A stretch of DNA of 64,000 nucleotides from Myxococcota bacterium (GTDB lineage: Bacteria; Myxococcota_A; SURF-8): assembly GCA_963674735.2 (NCBI GenBank), contig CAXXQS010000002.1, forward strand, positions 1,216,001-1,280,000, in the 5' to 3' direction. The position numbers and the translations under genes are program-made. Under the pieces are notes generated by a model. The model was not told the origin of the DNA and did not search any database. It was given only the letters and a program-made list of their open reading frames with translations. This document shows positions 38,806 to 48,607 of the stretch, piece by piece. Numbering within the stretch: position 1 is the stretch's first letter; the number at the start of each line of letters is the position of its first letter.

Positions 38806-40465
38806 CGAACAAAAGGGCGGTCTTTCCGATGACGTGCGCGACGTCCGCGAACAGGCGGTGCATGAATACCGCCACTGGGTGCGTACCACCTACGCCTGCA
38901 ATAATCGTTGTATTTTCTGCCTTGACGGCGATGTCAGCCGCGCGCGTCATTTGCCCAAGGCGGAAGTTTTCGCTGAGATCGAGCGGGGTTTCCAGCCCGG
39001 TGCGCGTCTGATCGTCTCGGGTGGGGAAGCCTCCATCCACCCGGATTTCATCGACTTTGTCGCCCATGGCAAGCGTGTCGGTTACGGCTGGATTCAAACC
39101 ATCACCAACGGCCGCATGTTCGCCTACGAACCCTTCACACGCAAAGCCGCCGATGCCGGATTGAACGAAGTCACCTTCTCGATGCACGGCCACACCTCGG
39201 AGATTCACGACACTTTGACGGGGATCAAAGGTGGTTTCGCCCAGGCGCTGCGCGGCATGCGCAACCTGCTGAAGGACGGCCGGGTGGTGATCAACGTGGA
39301 CTGCGTCATCAACGGCTTGAATTACAAACACTTGGACGACATCCTGCAGTTTTACATGAAGCTCGGTATCCACGAATTCGACCTCTTGCAGATCGTTCCC
39401 TTCGGGCGCGCCTGGTACGATGAAAATCGCGAGCGTCTGTTCTACGATGTCGAAGAAGCCTTCCCCTATCTCAACCGCGCCTTTCAACGGGCCTACAAGC
39501 CCGGCAATTACATCTGGACCAACCGGTTCCCGGTGGCCTACCTCGAAGGCATCGAGGATCTCATTCAGGATCCGCACAAGCTGTTTGACGAGATGCGCGG
39601 ACGGCGCGACGAGTTCGAGCATTTCGTCGATAGCGGTCAAAAGCTGCGCTGTTTCGGCGAGCGTTGTCGCTACTGCTTCCTGCAGGACTATTGCGATACC
39701 CTGCACCGTTTGCACGATCGTTTAAGCGTGGGTGGATTTGCGCGGGTGGCGGTGGATCTCGTCGAAAATGACAATCTCATCGCTCCCTCCGCCCTCAAAG
39801 CGCAGATCGAGAAAAGCGGAATCCGCCGTTTGCGTTTGTCGGCGCGAGACGCGACGCAGGCGCGTGAGTGGATGTCGCGCATGGATGGCTTTCTGCCGGA
39901 TGAAATCGAATTGTCTCTCGACGATTGGACGGCTTTCCTCGACGAAGTCACGAAGCGTCCGCCGGTGGAAACCTGGCCGGGCCTGCGGCGGCTGGTGGTC
40001 ATGACGCCGGATGCGCTCGATGCGCTATCGGCGCTCGATATCGAATTGGAAATACCGGTGTTGACCGATCTGATGGAGACGCTCAACGGACGCAAACACG
40101 AATTGGCCGAACGCGGACGAGTGTGGTTGCGCTGGCCGACGGTGGAAACACTGAACGAGGCGCGTGCGCAAGTCCCCGATCCGGCGGCGTTTCTGGCCGA
40201 TTGGCAGGATGTGCCGGTGAAGGTCTTGGGTGTGCCGCTCTGTCTGCATCCCGGCGCGGAAACCGATCCGCCCACTTTGCGTCTATCAAGTCTCGACGTC
40301 ACGGGGCGTCTCGATATGCCTTCTTTCACCCGCGATTACATTCGTTTCGACTACGAAGCCAAATCCAACCGTTGTCGCAACTGCGCGCAGACGGCCGCCT
40401 GTCGCGGTCTACATCTCAACACCCTGCGTGTGCACGGCTTCAAGACGTTGAGACCGTTCGAGTAA
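38789..40465 (+). CDS. radical SAM enzyme with extended C-terminus and two extra Cys clusters (HxsC-like by recall)
   Basis: CNNRCIFC, SGGE and TNGR; CFGERCRYCFLQDYC; terminal PLC...CRNCAQTAACRG; overlaps the upstream rSAM gene. Confidence 0.85.
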   Translation: MSQNPDEQKGGLSDDVRDVREQAVHEYRHWVRTTYACNNRCIFCLDGDVSRARHLPKAEVFAEIERGFQPGARLIVSGGEASIHPDFIDFVAHGKRVGYGWIQTITNGRMFAYEPFTRKAADAGLNEVTFSMHGHTSEIHDTLTGIKGGFAQALRGMRNLLKDGRVVINVDCVINGLNYKHLDDILQFYMKLGIHEFDLLQIVPFGRAWYDENRERLFYDVEEAFPYLNRAFQRAYKPGNYIWTNRFPVAYLEGIEDLIQDPHKLFDEMRGRRDEFEHFVDSGQKLRCFGERCRYCFLQDYCDTLHRLHDRLSVGGFARVAVDLVENDNLIAPSALKAQIEKSGIRRLRLSARDATQAREWMSRMDGFLPDEIELSLDDWTAFLDEVTKRPPVETWPGLRRLVVMTPDALDALSALDIELEIPVLTDLMETLNGRKHELAERGRVWLRWPTVETLNEARAQVPDPAAFLADWQDVPVKVLGVPLCLHPGAETDPPTLRLSSLDVTGRLDMPSFTRDYIRFDYEAKSNRCRNCAQTAACRGLHLNTLRVHGFKTLRPFE

Positions 40466-40503
40466 TCCGGATCCCCGCCGAAAACCAATTTTGGATCGCG
40501 TAA

Positions 40504-40533
40504 TTGACGCTGTTCGCATCGATGTGTTAGGAT
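40504..40533 (+). promoter_or_regulatory. sigma70-type promoter upstream of the GT-C gene
   Basis: TTGACG-N18-TAGGAT with an extended TG. Confidence 0.45.
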
Positions 40534-40569
40534 GCGCCCACCCCGCAACAGTCGGACGTGGAGGTGGAT

Positions 40570-42816
40570 GTGAACGGGTTGAACGACAAGAAAACGCAGC
40601 GGCTGATTATGGCCGGACTGCTGGTGATTTCCGTGGTGATTCTCTTCTCGCGCTTGGGCGTTTATCCGCTGCAGATGCAATGGGAGCCCAACTACGGCCA
40701 GGTCGTGCGCGAGATGGTCTGGGGCGAAGGCAACGAGATTACGCCCACCTGCAAGGTCGGGTCCGACGAAGGTGCCGCGCCTGGGACTTTCTGGTCCAAG
40801 CCCATCATGATCTTCTGGCTGGCTTATCCCTTCTATGCCATGTTCGGCGACAGCGAATGGTCGGCGCGCGGTCCCATTGCGGCGCTCGGGGTGATCGTCA
40901 TCCTGTTCACCTACTGGTTTATGTCGCGTTTATACACGCGCCGGGTAGGTGTGTTGGCTTCTCTGCTGTTGCTAACGACCCCTGCTTACTTCCTGATTTC
41001 AAGAGCTTATATGGTCGACTTACCCTTTGTCGGCTTCATGTGGATGGGGGTGGGCTTTCTGCTGCTCGGGGAGAAAGAGGGCCGCGAACGTTGGTACAAC
41101 CTGTTTTTCGTTTTTCTGGGTTTGTCGGCGCTGGCCAAGGGTTTGACCCCGATCATCCTCACCGGTGGGACGGTCTTCTTTTATTGCCTGGTTTCGGGCG
41201 ACTGGGGCTTGCTCAAGCGGATGAAGTTGCATAAGGGGCTCATCATCTTCCTGATCGTCGCCGGTCCCTGGTATATCTACATGTCCAGCAAGTACGGTAT
41301 GCCGTATCTGAAGAAGTTTTTCTGGGACCACCATGTGGAGCGTTCGCTGGGCAAGCTCGACAAGCCCGACGACACCTTCGAGATGTTCGTGCTCTATTTC
41401 TCCATCGGCGTTTTGCCATGGATCACCTTTTTACCGCAGGCCGTGGCGACCATGCTGCCTTGGCGGCGGCGCGAAGCCGACCATCGTCGGCTGGAGCTGT
41501 TCTTCTTTATGGGCTTTCTGGTCACCTTCACCTTTTTCTCGGTGATTTCGACCAAGTTTGTGCACTACATCTTCCCAGCCGTTCCATACACCATGATGTT
41601 GATCGCGCTCTACATCGATCGCTTGTTCACCGAAAACGACCGGGGCGAGCTTAATCGTGTGAGTTTCTTCGCCGCGCTGATGGTGTTGTTGATCATCGCG
41701 CCCGATCTGATCGACATGAAGAACTACCGCACCTTGTTCTACTTCATCACCACCGAGCGCTTGCAGGACTGGCACCCCAATGTGGCCGATCCCAGCTACT
41801 TTTTCTCCATCGTGTTCGCCATCTGGGGGGTGGTGCTGTTCGTTTCCTTTGTGATCCGACGTTTCAACCGCTGGATTTTCGGCGGGTTGTTGGCCTTGTC
41901 GATCGCCTACGCTTTCTACATCAATTTCCAGATGATTCCGACTTTGACCGAAATGTTCTCGGCGCGTTCGATGATGCAAACCTACCTGGCCATGCGAGCC
42001 GGTCCCGACGAGCCTATCGGCGAATTTACGCAAACCTGGAAATCGCGTTCGATCAAGTACGAGATGCCCTTCAAGGAACTGAAGGACACCTACCAGTATC
42101 GTCGCTATCGCATTAACAACAATCTCAACTCGGTGCGGCGTTACTACCAAACCTACAAAGGCAAGCGCGTTTTCATCATCATCGAGCAGAAGCAGAAACA
42201 TTTCGACCGCATCAATGCCTTGTGGCAGGAAGTGTCGGATGGCGAGAAGCTAATCAAGATTTTCGACGACAGCGTGCCGGGCGAGCCGTATCGCTCGGAA
42301 TTCTGGCTGCTTTCCAACCGCGACAACTTCGGGCGGGCCGTCAAATTGACACCGGAGCAGATGATGGCCGAATTGGAGCAGAATGTACGCCGTAAACCCT
42401 TTGACGTACCGCAGAAATTGGAAGTCGATTTCGAAGGCGAGATCGATCTTATGGGTACCGATGCCATTCCGACCAAAATCAAGGCCGGATCGGAATTGAC
42501 CCTCGCCCTGTACTTCAAGGCCAAGCGTAAACCCACGCGCGATTACAAGATTTTCATTCACGCGGAGCGCGCCACCACGTTCCGCCTGCGCGGCGATCAT
42601 GTCCCCGTGAGCGGCCGCTATCCCACCACGCGCTGGAAGGAAGGCGATTACATCAAGGATGTCTATAAGTTGGACATCCCACCCAATACGGCCCCCGGCG
42701 AGTTGGAAATCTTCATCGGTCTCTATCAGGGCAACTATCGCGCCCGGATGGCCGATGTCCCGCAGCGTGACGGCGAGGGCCGCCTGAAAATCGCCACCGT
42801 CGAGGTAACGCTCTAA
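40570..42816 (+). CDS. ArnT/family-39 membrane glycosyltransferase with C-terminal periplasmic domain
   Basis: WEPNYGQVVREM, FWSKP, EWSAR, LAKG, PWY and YIFP; about 13 TM helices; C-terminal DYKIFIH...DH.P..G.YPT..W..G domain. Confidence 0.85.
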   Translation: MNGLNDKKTQRLIMAGLLVISVVILFSRLGVYPLQMQWEPNYGQVVREMVWGEGNEITPTCKVGSDEGAAPGTFWSKPIMIFWLAYPFYAMFGDSEWSARGPIAALGVIVILFTYWFMSRLYTRRVGVLASLLLLTTPAYFLISRAYMVDLPFVGFMWMGVGFLLLGEKEGRERWYNLFFVFLGLSALAKGLTPIILTGGTVFFYCLVSGDWGLLKRMKLHKGLIIFLIVAGPWYIYMSSKYGMPYLKKFFWDHHVERSLGKLDKPDDTFEMFVLYFSIGVLPWITFLPQAVATMLPWRRREADHRRLELFFFMGFLVTFTFFSVISTKFVHYIFPAVPYTMMLIALYIDRLFTENDRGELNRVSFFAALMVLLIIAPDLIDMKNYRTLFYFITTERLQDWHPNVADPSYFFSIVFAIWGVVLFVSFVIRRFNRWIFGGLLALSIAYAFYINFQMIPTLTEMFSARSMMQTYLAMRAGPDEPIGEFTQTWKSRSIKYEMPFKELKDTYQYRRYRINNNLNSVRRYYQTYKGKRVFIIIEQKQKHFDRINALWQEVSDGEKLIKIFDDSVPGEPYRSEFWLLSNRDNFGRAVKLTPEQMMAELEQNVRRKPFDVPQKLEVDFEGEIDLMGTDAIPTKIKAGSELTLALYFKAKRKPTRDYKIFIHAERATTFRLRGDHVPVSGRYPTTRWKEGDYIKDVYKLDIPPNTAPGELEIFIGLYQGNYRARMADVPQRDGEGRLKIATVEVTL

Positions 42817-42817
42817 G

Positions 42818-44323
42818 GTGAGGAGCCCGATGGACGAGCGTCCGTCCACCCGTGAAACCGCCCGCCGAGCCGGGCGCGGTCTGATCTGGATCAGCGCCGC
42901 CAAGGCCTACTTCATCCTGTCGGGTGTTGCCCTCATTACGTTTTTACCGCAGTTCATCGGCCGTACCGACCAGGAGCGGGCGGAATTGTATGGTGATTTC
43001 ACGGTGGTTATCGGAATTCTGAATCCGTTGACCATGATGATGATCACCGGTGTCCTGCAGGCGGTGAGCCGTTTTGTCTCGGAAGATCCACGGCGCTATC
43101 GGGCCGTTCGTCGGGAATCCACGATTTTACAAGCTATTTTCGGGTTTGTGGTGGCGTCCGGCTTTGCCTTGCTGGCTCCCTGGATCGCCCGCCTGCTGGG
43201 TGATGTCGCCTTGACTCCCTACCTGCAGTCCGCCAGTGTCATTATTCTGTTTTACTCCATCTATGCTGCGCTGGTGGGTGGGTTGAACGGTCTGCGTCGC
43301 TTCGGGACGCAAGCCGTGCTCGATACGGCCTTCGCCACATTGAAAGTCGGCCTGATTCTTACGCTGACGGCCCTCGGCTTTGGTGTGATGGGGGCGGTTG
43401 TGGGGTTTGCCGCGACATCCGGGTTGATGTTGGTGGTTGTGTGGGTGATTTCCTCCCGACGCGCGCAGCCGACGGACGGCGCGGGTGTCGGGTGGCGTCG
43501 GCTGCTGCGTTTCGAAGCTTGGATTATGGGTTTTGCTCTGGCGGCCAACCTGCTGATGAACGCCGATCTGTATGTAGTCAAGGCGCTTGGGCCGGGAGAT
43601 GCCGCCACCGGTATTTACGCGGTAGCGTTGCAGGTGGCGCGTCTGCCTTATATCGCCGTGATTTCCGTCACCTTCGTCGTTTTTCCGCTGGTTTCGGCGG
43701 CCAGCGGCGCAGAAAATCTCATCCGCATGCGCGGTTACATCGAAACGACGGTTCGCTACGTTCTCATTCTGACGGTCTGTCTGGCGGTGACGCTCTCGGC
43801 GGCGGCTGCGGATGTTTTGCGTCTGGCTTTCGCCCCGATCTTTTTCGAGGGCTGGCCGCTGTTGTCGGTTTTGCCGCTGGCCTATGCGGGCTACGCCTTG
43901 ATGATCGTTTTTGCCACCATCCTCACCGGTTCGGGGCGTCCGGTCCAATCGTTGATCCTGGCGGGGGTGACCTTGCTTCTTTCGGTGGTGGCCAATGCTT
44001 TCGCCATTGCACCGTTCGGTTTGTTCGGGGCGGCGGTGGCGACCGCTTCGGCCATGTTGCTTGGGGCGGGCCTCGGTTGGTGCTTGCTGGTCCGATCGTT
44101 CAAGCCGGCCTTTCCCTGGGCAACGTTTGGTCGTCTGGGGTTGGCTTCGCTGGCCGTCTATGCCACATCCGCTTTCTGGCAACCCGAGGCTCGCGGACTG
44201 ATTGTTGCCAAAGGATTGATTTTGTTAACAATTTTCATAGGATTGCTGGTTCTTATGAAAGAATTGAGGGCCGAAGACAGCGCTCGCTTCAAAGCCGTAA
44301 TCAGCCATAAACGATCGGAGTGA
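42818..44323 (+). CDS. MOP-superfamily (Wzx-like) oligosaccharide flippase
   Basis: About 14 hydrophobic segments; YG, NADLYVVK and TGIYAVA...FP pattern; adjacent to the GT gene. Confidence 0.8.
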   Translation: MRSPMDERPSTRETARRAGRGLIWISAAKAYFILSGVALITFLPQFIGRTDQERAELYGDFTVVIGILNPLTMMMITGVLQAVSRFVSEDPRRYRAVRRESTILQAIFGFVVASGFALLAPWIARLLGDVALTPYLQSASVIILFYSIYAALVGGLNGLRRFGTQAVLDTAFATLKVGLILTLTALGFGVMGAVVGFAATSGLMLVVVWVISSRRAQPTDGAGVGWRRLLRFEAWIMGFALAANLLMNADLYVVKALGPGDAATGIYAVALQVARLPYIAVISVTFVVFPLVSAASGAENLIRMRGYIETTVRYVLILTVCLAVTLSAAAADVLRLAFAPIFFEGWPLLSVLPLAYAGYALMIVFATILTGSGRPVQSLILAGVTLLLSVVANAFAIAPFGLFGAAVATASAMLLGAGLGWCLLVRSFKPAFPWATFGRLGLASLAVYATSAFWQPEARGLIVAKGLILLTIFIGLLVLMKELRAEDSARFKAVISHKRSE

Positions 44324-44376
44324 AACCCTTTCGCATACACCGGGGGCTGAGGACCGACGGAACTGTTGCAAAGAAG

Positions 44377-44405
44377 TTGACACCGCCGATTCCCTTTCTT
44401 ATAGT
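44377..44405 (+). promoter_or_regulatory. sigma70 promoter of the RDD-smc-ftsY operon
   Basis: TTGACA-N17-TATAGT. Confidence 0.7.
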
Positions 44406-44463
44406 GTGGCATCCCAGGGGGGTGATAACACGCACCTCTGGAATGCGAGATTAGGGAATAACC

Positions 44464-45012
44464 ATGATGACGCCAACAAACAGCAATCCCGCTCCGGTGA
44501 GCGATGGGGAAAACGGGGGAGTGCCGGTGAAAAAGGCCGATCTTCTGCAACGGGTGCTGGCGCGCCTGATCGACCTGTTGATTTTCGCCGCTTTTTGCAG
44601 TTTGTATCCCATCGGAATGCTGGCCGGTTTTTTGTATCTGCTCATCGCCGACGGGCTGATGGGCGGGCGTTCGATCGGCAAGCGGATCATCGGTTTGTAT
44701 GTCGTGCAATTCGATACCTACGAGCCTGCCGGATATCGTGAATCGATTATCCGCAATGCCGATATCGCTTTGCTGGGTTTGTTCACGGTGATTCCCCTTC
44801 TCGGACCGATTTTGTTGTTTACGGTCGGACTGATTATCGTGGTGGTGGAAACCTATCTGATCGCCCGTAATGAGTTCGGCCAACGCGCCGGAGATATCCT
44901 GGCCGGGACGGAAGTGATGGAATGGCCCCGGACAATTCCCGGCATGAATCCGTCGCCCCTTCCCGAAGAGGCGGCGAGCCCATCGACCCCCGACAACGAG
45001 GAGAAGGCCTGA
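44464..45012 (+). CDS. RDD-family membrane protein
   Basis: RVLARLID, GRSIGKRIIGLYVV, RN and QRAGDILAGTEV. Confidence 0.88.
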   Translation: MMTPTNSNPAPVSDGENGGVPVKKADLLQRVLARLIDLLIFAAFCSLYPIGMLAGFLYLLIADGLMGGRSIGKRIIGLYVVQFDTYEPAGYRESIIRNADIALLGLFTVIPLLGPILLFTVGLIIVVVETYLIARNEFGQRAGDILAGTEVMEWPRTIPGMNPSPLPEEAASPSTPDNEEKA

Positions 45013-45042
45013 GGCGGCGGCCGCCGGGCTTTTTGAGGCAAT

Positions 45043-48000
45043 ATGCGAATCAAGCGATTGGACATCAACGGGTTCAAGTCGTTTCCCGACAAAGTGACCC
45101 TCATGTTCGACCAACCCATCGTGGGCGTTGTCGGTCCCAACGGTTGCGGCAAATCGAACATCGTGGACGCCATCCGCTGGGTGATGGGCGAACAAAGCAT
45201 CAAAGCTCTACGCGGCAGCGGACGCGAGGATGTGATTTTTTCCGGTAGCGAATCGCGCGCGCCGTTGGGCGTGGCGGAGGTGACCCTCACCTTCGACAAC
45301 CGCGACAAGCTGGCACCGTCCGAATATGCGGAGTATCCCGAAATCGCCGTTTGTCGCCGTCTCTATCGTGACGGAAGCAGCGATTACCAGATCAACAACG
45401 CCCCCTGCCGTCTGCGCGATATCACCGAACTTTTCCTCGGCACCGGTGCGGGCAACAAAGCCTATTCCATCATCGAGCAGGGCCGCATCAGCCTGATCGT
45501 ATCGGCCAAGCCGGAAGACCGCCGCCTGATGATCGAGGAGGCTGCGGGGATTACCAAGTATCACGCCCGCAAGCGCGAGGCCGAACGCAAAATGGCGGCC
45601 ACGCAGCAGAACCTGACCCGCATCGGCGATATTATCGCCGAGCTGCGCAAACAATTGAACAGCTTGTCGCGTCAAGCCAAAAAGGCCGAGCGTTATCGTG
45701 ATCTGAAAAAACGGCTCAAGGAAATCGATCTGCGTTTTACCGGCCGTGAATACGCCGAGGTGCTCGACGCGATCGAGCAGACCGCGAAAGCCGTGACTGA
45801 ACTGAGCGAGCGTCAGGCTGGTATGGGCGGTAAAATCGTCGCCATGGAAGGCGAAGTGGATGCCCGCAATCTGAAACTGGCCGCGCGCGAGCGAGAACTG
45901 AACGACTGGCAGGAGATCATCCACGGCCTGGATCAGTCGATTCGACTGGATGAACGCAACATCGAAGTCTTCAGCGAGGAGCTTCAGCGTATCAGCGAAC
46001 GCGAAGTGGAGATCGACAACGAACTCGACGGTCTGGATCAGACGCTGAAAGAACAACGTGAACGCGTCACCGATCTGGAAGGCGAGCAGCAACGCGCCTT
46101 GGCCGGGTCGCAGGAAGGTGAGCGTATTCAGAGCGAAGCGGAAGAACGCTATCGTCTATCCGCGCAGGAGTTCGACCGTCAGCAGCAGGAGATCGACCGC
46201 TCGAAACGGGCCATTTTCGAACATATGGCCGCCACCGATCGGGCTCTGCATAAGCTGGAAACGCTTCGCAACCGTCTGACCGACAACACCGAGCGGGCCG
46301 AGCGCAATCGCCGGGAACGCCAGGACGTGGAACGCAAGCTCACCGAATTCGAAACCTCCCGCAAGGACTTCGTCGATGCCTTGGGCGGCTTGCGGCAAAT
46401 GAAATTGAAATTGGAAAGCGCGCGCAACGAAAAAGCCGAAACCTTGGAGCGTGAACGAAACTCCTATCTGGATACGGAAGAACGTTTGACCGCCGAACGC
46501 GACCGCCTCACGGCGAGCCGTTCACGGCTGGACTCCCTCCGCGAGTTGGATGAGGCCTTGGAAGGCTTCGGGGATAGCGTGAAAAAGCTGCTGTCTCCCG
46601 ATGGCGATGGACCGGGCTTCGGCGACGGCGAGGTGGTGGACGCCTTGGCGCGGCTGGTGAAAGTCGATCCCGCCTATGAACGCGCGGTCGGTACGCTTTT
46701 AGGCGAGCGGCTGCAATGGCTGGTGGTGACCGGGCAGGAAGCCGGTCGCAAGGGCGTTGCCTGGTTGAAGAAAAACGACGCGGGTCGGGCGGCTTTCTTG
46801 CCGCAGGACGCGCCGCAGCCGGAGGCGCCGGCCACCTTGGGTGACGGGGCTCTGCCGTTGGCGGAAGTGGTGTCCGCCGCGGGCGTGACCGAGAGCGTAG
46901 TCAAGCGCATGCTTGAAGACGCCTACATGGTGGATGACCTCGATACGGCCTGTCGTCTATGGCGCGAAACCGGCGGGCGCTACCGCTTCGTGACTCCCGA
47001 AGGCGATTTTGTCGATGCGAGCGGTGCCGTGGGCGGCGGATCGGGCGACCAGATCTCTCAAACCCTGCTCAAGCGCCGTCGTGAAATGGAAGAGCTGGAA
47101 GCCGTCGGCCGCGAGCTGGGGCAGGTGTGCGAACGCCTGGCGCGCGAACGTGACGAACGCGTGCAGCTCATTCGTCAACTTGAAGGGCACATCGAGACCG
47201 TTCGGCAAGACAGCCACCGCCAGGAAATGAAAATCCTGGAACAGGAAAAAGACATCAACCGCATCGAGTTCGAACTCGGGCAGTTTCAGCGGCAACTCGA
47301 CAGCCTGGACCGCGAATATGTCGGACTCAAAGACGAAGCCCGGCAATTCGAGCTTGAGCGCGATGAATTGGAAGTAGAGCGCAAAACGGCGCATCAGCGG
47401 CGTGAGGAAAGCGAAGCCGAGCTGAAGGCCATGCAGGAGACCCTCGACGAAAAGGCCACGCAACGCGAGGAGGCATCGCGGCGTTTGACCGAGACGCGCG
47501 TCAAGACGGCCGAGGCTTTGCAACGCCGCCAGCATCTGGAGTCGGATCTGCGCTTGGCGCGGGAACGCGAAACCGATCTGGCCGGACGTTCCGAGCGTCT
47601 GGCTTTCGAACGTCGCCGGGGAGCGGAGCGACGTGAAGAACTGACGCGCGAACTGGCCACCACGCGGGTGCGTTTGGAGGAACTGATCAAGCGTTCCGAG
47701 CGTGAACAGGACAAGCTCAGGGATGCGCGCAACGCTTTGGCGGAAGAACAGGAAACCATTCGCGGTTTCGCCGAGGGCGTGCGTGTTCAGCGCAAAGAAC
47801 TGGATGCGATACGCGCCGAATTGTCTGAAAAACAGATTGCCCAAAAAGAATTGGGCCTGCGTGCCGAACACCTGATCGAGCGCGTGGATGAACGCTACGG
47901 AATCACCCTGCCCACCGAATACACGGAATATCTTGACGACCCGGCTCCAGGTGACGACGAGCGTAGCGAGATGGAAGACATTCGTCTTCGTATCGAGCGC

Positions 48001-48594
48001 ATGGGCGAGGTCAACCTTACCGCCATCGGCGAGCATGACAGTGTTTCAGAACGCTATCAATTCCTGTGTGACCAGGAAGACGATCTGACCCGTTCGATGT
48101 CCATGCTGCAGGAGGCCGTCGATAAAATCAACCGCACCACCCGTAAGCGCTTCAAAGAAACCTTCGACGAAGTAAACACTCGTTTCTCGAAACTCTTCCC
48201 CGAGTTGTTCGGTGGGGGTGAAGCGGAGTTGATGTTTACCGATCCCAATAATTTGTTGCAAACCGGTATCGAAATCGTCGCGCGGCCTCCGGGCAAGAAG
48301 CAGCAGCCCGTCAGCCTGCTATCCGGTGGTGAGAAGGCGCTTACGGCTGTCAGCATGATCTTCGCCATCTTTTTGTATCGGCCTACGCCTTTCTGCTTGT
48401 TGGATGAGGTGGACGCGCCGCTCGATGATGTGAATATCGGCCGCTTTATCGCGACGATCAAGCGTATCTCCAAAACCAGCCAATTCATCTTGATCACCCA
48501 CAACAAGAAAACCATGGAGATTTCCAACACGCTGTACGGGGTCACCATGGAAGAACCCGGCATTTCGAAAATCGTGTCGGTGAACTTGACGTAA
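45043..48594 (+). CDS. smc: chromosome segregation protein SMC
   Basis: GFKSF, GPNGCGKSN, coiled coils with a hinge, LSGGE and LDEVDAPLD. Confidence 0.97.
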   Translation: MRIKRLDINGFKSFPDKVTLMFDQPIVGVVGPNGCGKSNIVDAIRWVMGEQSIKALRGSGREDVIFSGSESRAPLGVAEVTLTFDNRDKLAPSEYAEYPEIAVCRRLYRDGSSDYQINNAPCRLRDITELFLGTGAGNKAYSIIEQGRISLIVSAKPEDRRLMIEEAAGITKYHARKREAERKMAATQQNLTRIGDIIAELRKQLNSLSRQAKKAERYRDLKKRLKEIDLRFTGREYAEVLDAIEQTAKAVTELSERQAGMGGKIVAMEGEVDARNLKLAARERELNDWQEIIHGLDQSIRLDERNIEVFSEELQRISEREVEIDNELDGLDQTLKEQRERVTDLEGEQQRALAGSQEGERIQSEAEERYRLSAQEFDRQQQEIDRSKRAIFEHMAATDRALHKLETLRNRLTDNTERAERNRRERQDVERKLTEFETSRKDFVDALGGLRQMKLKLESARNEKAETLERERNSYLDTEERLTAERDRLTASRSRLDSLRELDEALEGFGDSVKKLLSPDGDGPGFGDGEVVDALARLVKVDPAYERAVGTLLGERLQWLVVTGQEAGRKGVAWLKKNDAGRAAFLPQDAPQPEAPATLGDGALPLAEVVSAAGVTESVVKRMLEDAYMVDDLDTACRLWRETGGRYRFVTPEGDFVDASGAVGGGSGDQISQTLLKRRREMEELEAVGRELGQVCERLARERDERVQLIRQLEGHIETVRQDSHRQEMKILEQEKDINRIEFELGQFQRQLDSLDREYVGLKDEARQFELERDELEVERKTAHQRREESEAELKAMQETLDEKATQREEASRRLTETRVKTAEALQRRQHLESDLRLARERETDLAGRSERLAFERRRGAERREELTRELATTRVRLEELIKRSEREQDKLRDARNALAEEQETIRGFAEGVRVQRKELDAIRAELSEKQIAQKELGLRAEHLIERVDERYGITLPTEYTEYLDDPAPGDDERSEMEDIRLRIERMGEVNLTAIGEHDSVSERYQFLCDQEDDLTRSMSMLQEAVDKINRTTRKRFKETFDEVNTRFSKLFPELFGGGEAELMFTDPNNLLQTGIEIVARPPGKKQQPVSLLSGGEKALTAVSMIFAIFLYRPTPFCLLDEVDAPLDDVNIGRFIATIKRISKTSQFILITHNKKTMEISNTLYGVTMEEPGISKIVSVNLT

Positions 48595-48607
48595 GGAATT
48601 CGAACGA

